29,202 nucleotides of DNA from assembly GCF_006345805.1 (NCBI RefSeq), contig NW_021833508.1, positions 1-29,202 on the forward strand. The letters run 5' to 3'. Source of the stretch: Octopus sinensis. Taxonomy: Eukaryota. Made by a program: the position numbers and the translations under genes. The notes under the pieces were generated by a model. It saw only the letters and a program-made list of their open reading frames with translations, was not told the DNA's origin and ran no database searches. Below, piece after piece: positions 24,155 through 29,202 of the stretch. Each line of letters opens with the position of its first letter. Positions within the stretch are counted from its first letter, which is position 1.

Positions 24155-25139
24155 TTTGGTGTTACAAATTGATTTGTTGGTCTCTCGCTCAACTGCGTCC
24201 CGCATATAATAACCAAGGAGGTTGTAGTCTGGGGAGTTTAGGTGGCCAGATGTTAGGGGTGATCTGGTCGCAGAAATTGACAGCCATGACTGGGTTCTCC
24301 TGCTTGTGTGGCATGGTATAGGGTCTTCCAGCTGTCATGCAGTTGACCCAGAGTAGCACTTCCTCCTTCCAGGCACTTTATGTAGGCCTCCATGCTGAGT
24401 CTGAGGCCGTGTGGGAAGATGAATGGAGGTATAACGTCGCCGACTGGATGTTTGATTTCTATCACACTCGGTACATGTTTTAGGGACACGACAAGCCAAC
24501 GGTTGTTCTGTGTGTTCATCTGATCCTGACAGAAAAATTTATTGTCTAAGAAAAACCAAAGCATGTTCGGTTGATAGGGAAACTTGAGTTTGTTCAAAAG
24601 CATCGCAACGCAGTCTTTCCTATTGTCCTTGATGGCTTGAGATAAAACCTGGCCCTTTCTCATCCTGTATGACGAATACCGAATGTCTTCATGCACTACC
24701 TTCCTAATGAGAAACTCAGATACTCCCATGTCCCTGACAATGGGCCTGATTGACTTGGAGGGATCGTTGTCAATCACGGCCTGGATCTCACTAAAAATTC
24801 AAGGATTCTTTTCTTATCACAACCATCAGAGTGAGTTTTCCGAGCTGCCGTACATTCGTAATCACCATTAGACTCAACTAACTCTTTCCGAATCCTCTGC
24901 ACTGTCTTCAGACTGACACTCTGAAATGCTTCATATTGGAATTTCCGGTGCAAATGCCAAACAGCACAGTATTTCTTTTCCAAATTTCAGGCAGAGTGAT
25001 CTGGGTATTTGTGCTGTTTTTCTCAAAGACGGTACCCAACTGACCCTACTATAATGCGTAGTCGACAAAATCAAAACCAAACAAAGCGCATGCGCAAAAT
25101 AAAAAAATATAAAATGGTGACAATTTACCCAATGCACGC

Positions 25140-25140
<1 letters not shown>
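24155..25140 (-). mobile_element. 3'-truncated Tc1/mariner-superfamily element, maT/DD37D-like, with decayed transposase
   Basis: Frameshifted pieces LPEIWKR, LKTVQRIRKEL..SNGDY, IDNDPSKSIR..VRDMGVSEFLIR, LWFFLDNKFFCQDQ.NTQNNRWL, AGRPYT|PCHTSRRTQSWLS (the QQDSA catalytic segment appears deleted), ITPNIWPP-NSPDYNLLGYY..AVERETN. TIR-like GTGCATTGGGTAAATTGTCACCATTTT near 25112-25138, next to a (TA)n run. Confidence 0.85.
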
Positions 25141-25199
<59 letters not shown>

Positions 25200-25499
25200 A
25201 AAAGAGAGAAAGAGGGAGAGAGAGAATGAAAGGAAAAGAGAGTGACAAGCATAAATATACTTAAGCCATACAACTCGAATTAAATGAAATCTCCCATAAT
25301 TGAGTTATCTACACAATTGGACACACATACACACTCCACACCACACGCTCGTATATGACCACCCAATTCAACTGAGTCAGGTGTATACACACGCACACGT
25401 ATGCACACACACACACACACACACACACATTCATCTATGTGTGTACGTGTGTGTGTGTGTGTATGGGTGTACGTATACAACCTTTATATTGTGCAAATT

Positions 25500-25521
25500 A
25501 ATAACAACAATAATAATAGTG

Positions 25522-25570
<49 letters not shown>

Positions 25571-25648
25571 TAATAATAATAATAATAATGATAATAATGA
25601 GAGATGATGATGATAATAATGATGATGATGATGATGATGATGATGATG

Positions 25649-25683
<35 letters not shown>

Positions 25684-25744
25684 ATTATTATAATTATTAT
25701 TATTATGATGATGATGATGATGATGATGATGATTATTATTATTA

Positions 25745-25781
<37 letters not shown>

Positions 25782-25797
25782 GATGCTAATAATGATG

Positions 25798-25832
<35 letters not shown>

Positions 25833-25858
25833 GATAATAATGATGATGATGATGATGC
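25500..25858. repeat. compound (AAT)n-(GAT)n-(ATT)n-(GAT)n-(ATT)n microsatellite
   Basis: Direct reading. Confidence 0.95.
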
Positions 25859-26290
25859 TGTCTTGTCGGCTATTTTAATAATAATATATTATGTCCACGA
25901 GCAACTGTTGGCAGAACTGGCTACTCCAGCGCCATCTTTCGTGTCTGATTTGACTCGCTGTCAACTTCAATATTTGCTATTCTGACCCCACTTGATAAAA
26001 TGCCAGAAGTTATATGAAAATTTCTGGTTTTTCTTTAAGCGCTTATTATTTTTTTGCTGATTCGTTTTCTTTCTTCTACCACGCTGGACTTTAAAAGTAC
26101 AAACAGTATATTAATGTCTCATAATGGCTGATTAGAAAGAAATAAAAACGCCCATCATAATGGGGGCTTATGTAAGTATATCTATGTATATAACCGAAAC
26201 ATTGCTGGCGATTTCTCTCGCTGTATACCGCACTCTTCACCTTAGGAGTGTACATAACACATATTTCATACATCGCTTTATACTTCTTGT

Positions 26291-26418
26291 CTCACAAAGC
26301 TTTGGTCGGTCCGAGGCTATAGTAGAAGACACTTGCCCAAGTTTTCCACGCTGTGGGACTGAACTCGGAACCATGTGGTTGGAAAGCAAACTTCTTATCA
26401 CACAGCCACGCCTGCACC
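26291..26418 (-). mobile_element. SINE family A 5' half
   Basis: Reverse complement of the head and core (GGCGTGGCTGTGTG...CTTGGGCAAGTGTCTTCTACTATAGCCTCGG). Confidence 0.85.
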
Positions 26419-26489
26419 TAAATTAATATCAATTATTTAGCAGTGCCGCAAAAGCGTCGTGAAATTGCTTGCGGTATTTGTTCTGAGTT

Positions 26490-26739
26490 TAGGCGGCGAG
26501 CTGGAAAAGGCGGCGAACTGGCAGAACCGTTAGCACGCCAGGCGAAATGCTTAGTGGTATTTCTTCTGCCGCTACGTTCTGAGTTCAAATTCCGCCGAGG
26601 TCGACTTTGCCTTTCATCCTTTCGGGGTCGATTAAATAAGTACCAGTTATGCACTGGGGTCGATATAATCGACTTAATCCGTTTGTCTGTCCTTGTTTGT
26701 CCGCTCTGTATTTAGCCCCTTGTGGGTAGTAAAGAAATA
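26490..26739 (+). mobile_element. full-length family C SINE inserted into an older family C copy
   Basis: Exact 17-bp TSD GGTATTTGTTCTGAGTT at 26473-26489 and 26740-26756. The 5' end is doubled (AGGCGGCGAGCTGGAAA-AGGCGGCGAACTGG). Host halves lie at about 26438-26489 and 26757-26875. Confidence 0.88.
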
Positions 26740-27409
26740 GGTATTTGTTCTGAGTTCAAAACCTGCCGAGGACAACTTTACCTTAACTTTCATCCCATCG
26801 GGGATCGATATCGTATCGACTAACCTCACCCTCTGAAAAACAATGCTAGCTTTGTGCTTAAATTAGAAGCAACTAATAAAGCTTATTACTAATATTAATG
26901 CGATAATCGTCACGTGTGTACATATGCAAAGGAGAAGCACAGAAAATTCTAGTGAAAGGAAAACAAAAGGCTTGAAAGACAACTACGCAAACAATGGCTT
27001 GAAAAGCCGTTCCATTTATGCCAAGGTTATCAGAAGATAAAACATACTTTGAATTTGATGCGCAAAACGTATGAAGCAATATATATGATCAAACACAAGT
27101 ATATGAAAAACAACAGCAAAAAAAAAAACGAAAAAAAAAAACAACAAAACCAAATCAAAAAACAACAACAAAAGAATGACCCAGTTTGCGCGCTTCTATA
27201 CGATGTTTTAATATCCCGGAAATAGCAGTAAAGTCATCTACGAATTTCATCGATCTATTTTTAAATGAAGGACGAAGATGTAAAATGTTTTATGATATAC
27301 GTCGTGCGAAGATAATGGCTGAAAGAAAGATTGGCTGGTCAGAACTGAAATGTCTTTCACCTGAAGTCCGCTCAAACATGGTCGACTTTGGCGGTAAGTA
27401 ACGCTTTCT

Positions 27410-27610
27410 ACGAGAGGCACAAGGCTTGAAATTTTGGGAGAGGGAATTTGGGGATTTAGTCGATGACAATGACCCCAGTTTTTATCGGTCGCGAAAGGAT
27501 GAAAAACAAAGTCGACTTTGGCGGAATTTGAACTCAGAACGTAAAACTAGAAGAAATGTCATGAGGTGCCTTGCTTGGAGTGCCAACGATTCTGCCTGCT
27601 CGCTGCTTTC
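27410..27610 (-). mobile_element. decayed family C SINE
   Basis: AAGTCGACTTTGGCGGAATTTGAACTCAGAACGTAAA and AGGCACAAGG..GAAATTT align with 19855-20030. Confidence 0.75.
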
Positions 27611-28007
27611 TTGGAGTTAAATAACAAGAATACAAGATTTATATTATTTAAAGAGTGAATCACTACGTGCTCGCTACGCATGATAGAAATAGAAGCAAAA
27701 AAACAACGACAACAAAAAAACCAACATAAAAAGGCACCCTAATGTCTTTAAAAAGATAAAATATTGGATAGTGTATTCCTCGAAAACCTATTGCAAAAAT
27801 CTTGATAGTTGCACACTGAAGGAGATTCCAGTGATGGACTAGATCTGTAGACTTCGAAACAGCTTTCTCGTTTCTGGTTTTGTATGTATGTCATTATTCA
27901 GTTTATTTCAAGATTTCTTGGCAATAGAGAAAGAACCGGTTTTTAACCTAGATCCAAAGCTCCTTCAGTAGAATTTCAACATCAACAACAGGGTATTTTG
28001 TTTGTTT

Positions 28008-28173
28008 CTATGTATGTATGTATGTATGTATGTATGTATGTATGTATGTATGTATGTATGTATGTATGTATGTATGTATGTATGTATGTATGTATGTATG
28101 TATGTATGTATGCATGTGTGTGTATGTATGTATGTATGTATGTATGTATGTACATATGTATGTATGTATGTAC

Positions 28174-28204
<31 letters not shown>

Positions 28205-28400
28205 TGTATGTATGTATATGTATGTGTGTATGTATGTATGTATGTATGCATGCATACATGCATTCATGTATGCATATATATATATAAATATGCGTGTATG
28301 TATGTATATATATTTGTATGCATGCGTGCATGCATGTATGTATGTATGTATGCGTGCAAGTATGCATGTATGTATGTGTGAGTGTATGTCTGTGTGAGTA
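28008..28400. repeat. (TATG)n array, degenerating 3'-ward
   Basis: Direct reading. Confidence 0.97.
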
Positions 28401-28730
28401 TCTCTCTCTCTCTACATATATATATATATACACACACATATTCACAAACATACGCACACACAAACACACACACACACAGAGTCACAGATACACACACATA
28501 AGTTCATTTACTTTGCATATGTTATACAGTTTTCCAAACGACGCTGCTTTTACGCACTAATTTTCGTTCAAAATTTGTGCAATGTGCAAAATGTTTTTCT
28601 TTTTTTAACATTTATTCCCACCTCCACCACCATAATTCTGCAATTTTCTTCGAAATACAGAAACTTTTACTGTTAATAGTCATAAATTTTAAAGACCAAT
28701 ATAAACAACAACGATACAACAACAAAAAAC

Positions 28731-28765
<35 letters not shown>

Positions 28766-28774
28766 GCAACAACG

Positions 28775-28806
<32 letters not shown>

Positions 28807-28824
28807 AATAACAACAACAACAAC

Positions 28825-28864
<40 letters not shown>

Positions 28865-28865
28865 T

Positions 28866-28916
<51 letters not shown>

Positions 28917-28931
28917 CGACGATGATGATGT
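28731..28931. repeat. compound (AAT)n-(AAC)n-(AAT)n-(GAT)n microsatellite
   Basis: Direct reading. Confidence 0.95.
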
Positions 28932-29202
28932 TGATTGTATTACTTCAGCCATTATACTGTAATTTTTAAAAATACCAATCCACTCCATTTTACTAATAGT
29001 TGACACATGTTTAAAAGTCAAAATAGATATTAAACCGTGTTAGCTTTCAGCCATTTTGCTTTCAAAGCCGTACGTTTTGGGATATTTTCGCCTCGTTTGC
29101 ATATTGACACGAGTATCAGTCGGCTCTAGCGTTGTGATACATATTATACATAGATACATACGCGCGCACGCGCACATATGCTGCTTGGTTCTTCGTCGGT
29201 TG

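Noticed and set aside
22224-25996. Shared 12-mer CCCCACTTGATA at about 22224 and 25985
   Set aside because: Isolated 12-mers are expected by chance many times in 29 kb, and this one is not at any element boundary.
27186-27401. Exon ending at the perfect donor GCG|GTAAGT (about 27393)
   Set aside because: The donor-adjacent GTCGACTTTGGCGG is a family C SINE motif, there is no good acceptor, and the peptide is unrecognised.

Overview
AT-rich, microsatellite-saturated animal non-coding DNA (intergenic or deep intronic). The repeat content looks like a coleoid cephalopod, probably Octopus; this is inferred from my recollection of these SINE/Tc1-mariner families, not from a search. I recognise no host protein-coding gene, and nearly all listed ORFs are translations of simple repeats. 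Supported content: (1) three dead Tc1/mariner elements: a D,D34D mariner at 2.6-3.6 kb, an internally deleted mariner with both TIRs at 21.3-21.9 kb and a maT/DD37D-like copy at 24.2-25.1 kb; (2) a CR1-type LINE 3' end, plus probable Tx1-like and Penelope-like RT relics; (3) two non-autonomous Helitrons with A|TC...CTAG|T ends; (4) at least five tRNA-headed SINE families, several with readable TSDs and nested insertions; (5) a 3-kb CAT/CAC composite minisatellite. The most notable signals are a tRNA-headed short element carrying a Penelope-type type-I hammerhead ribozyme (3 copies, two in a head-to-head inverted unit with a 12-bp TSD) and a 700-bp TSD-bounded insertion built from a SINE plus three segments matching nearby DNA.
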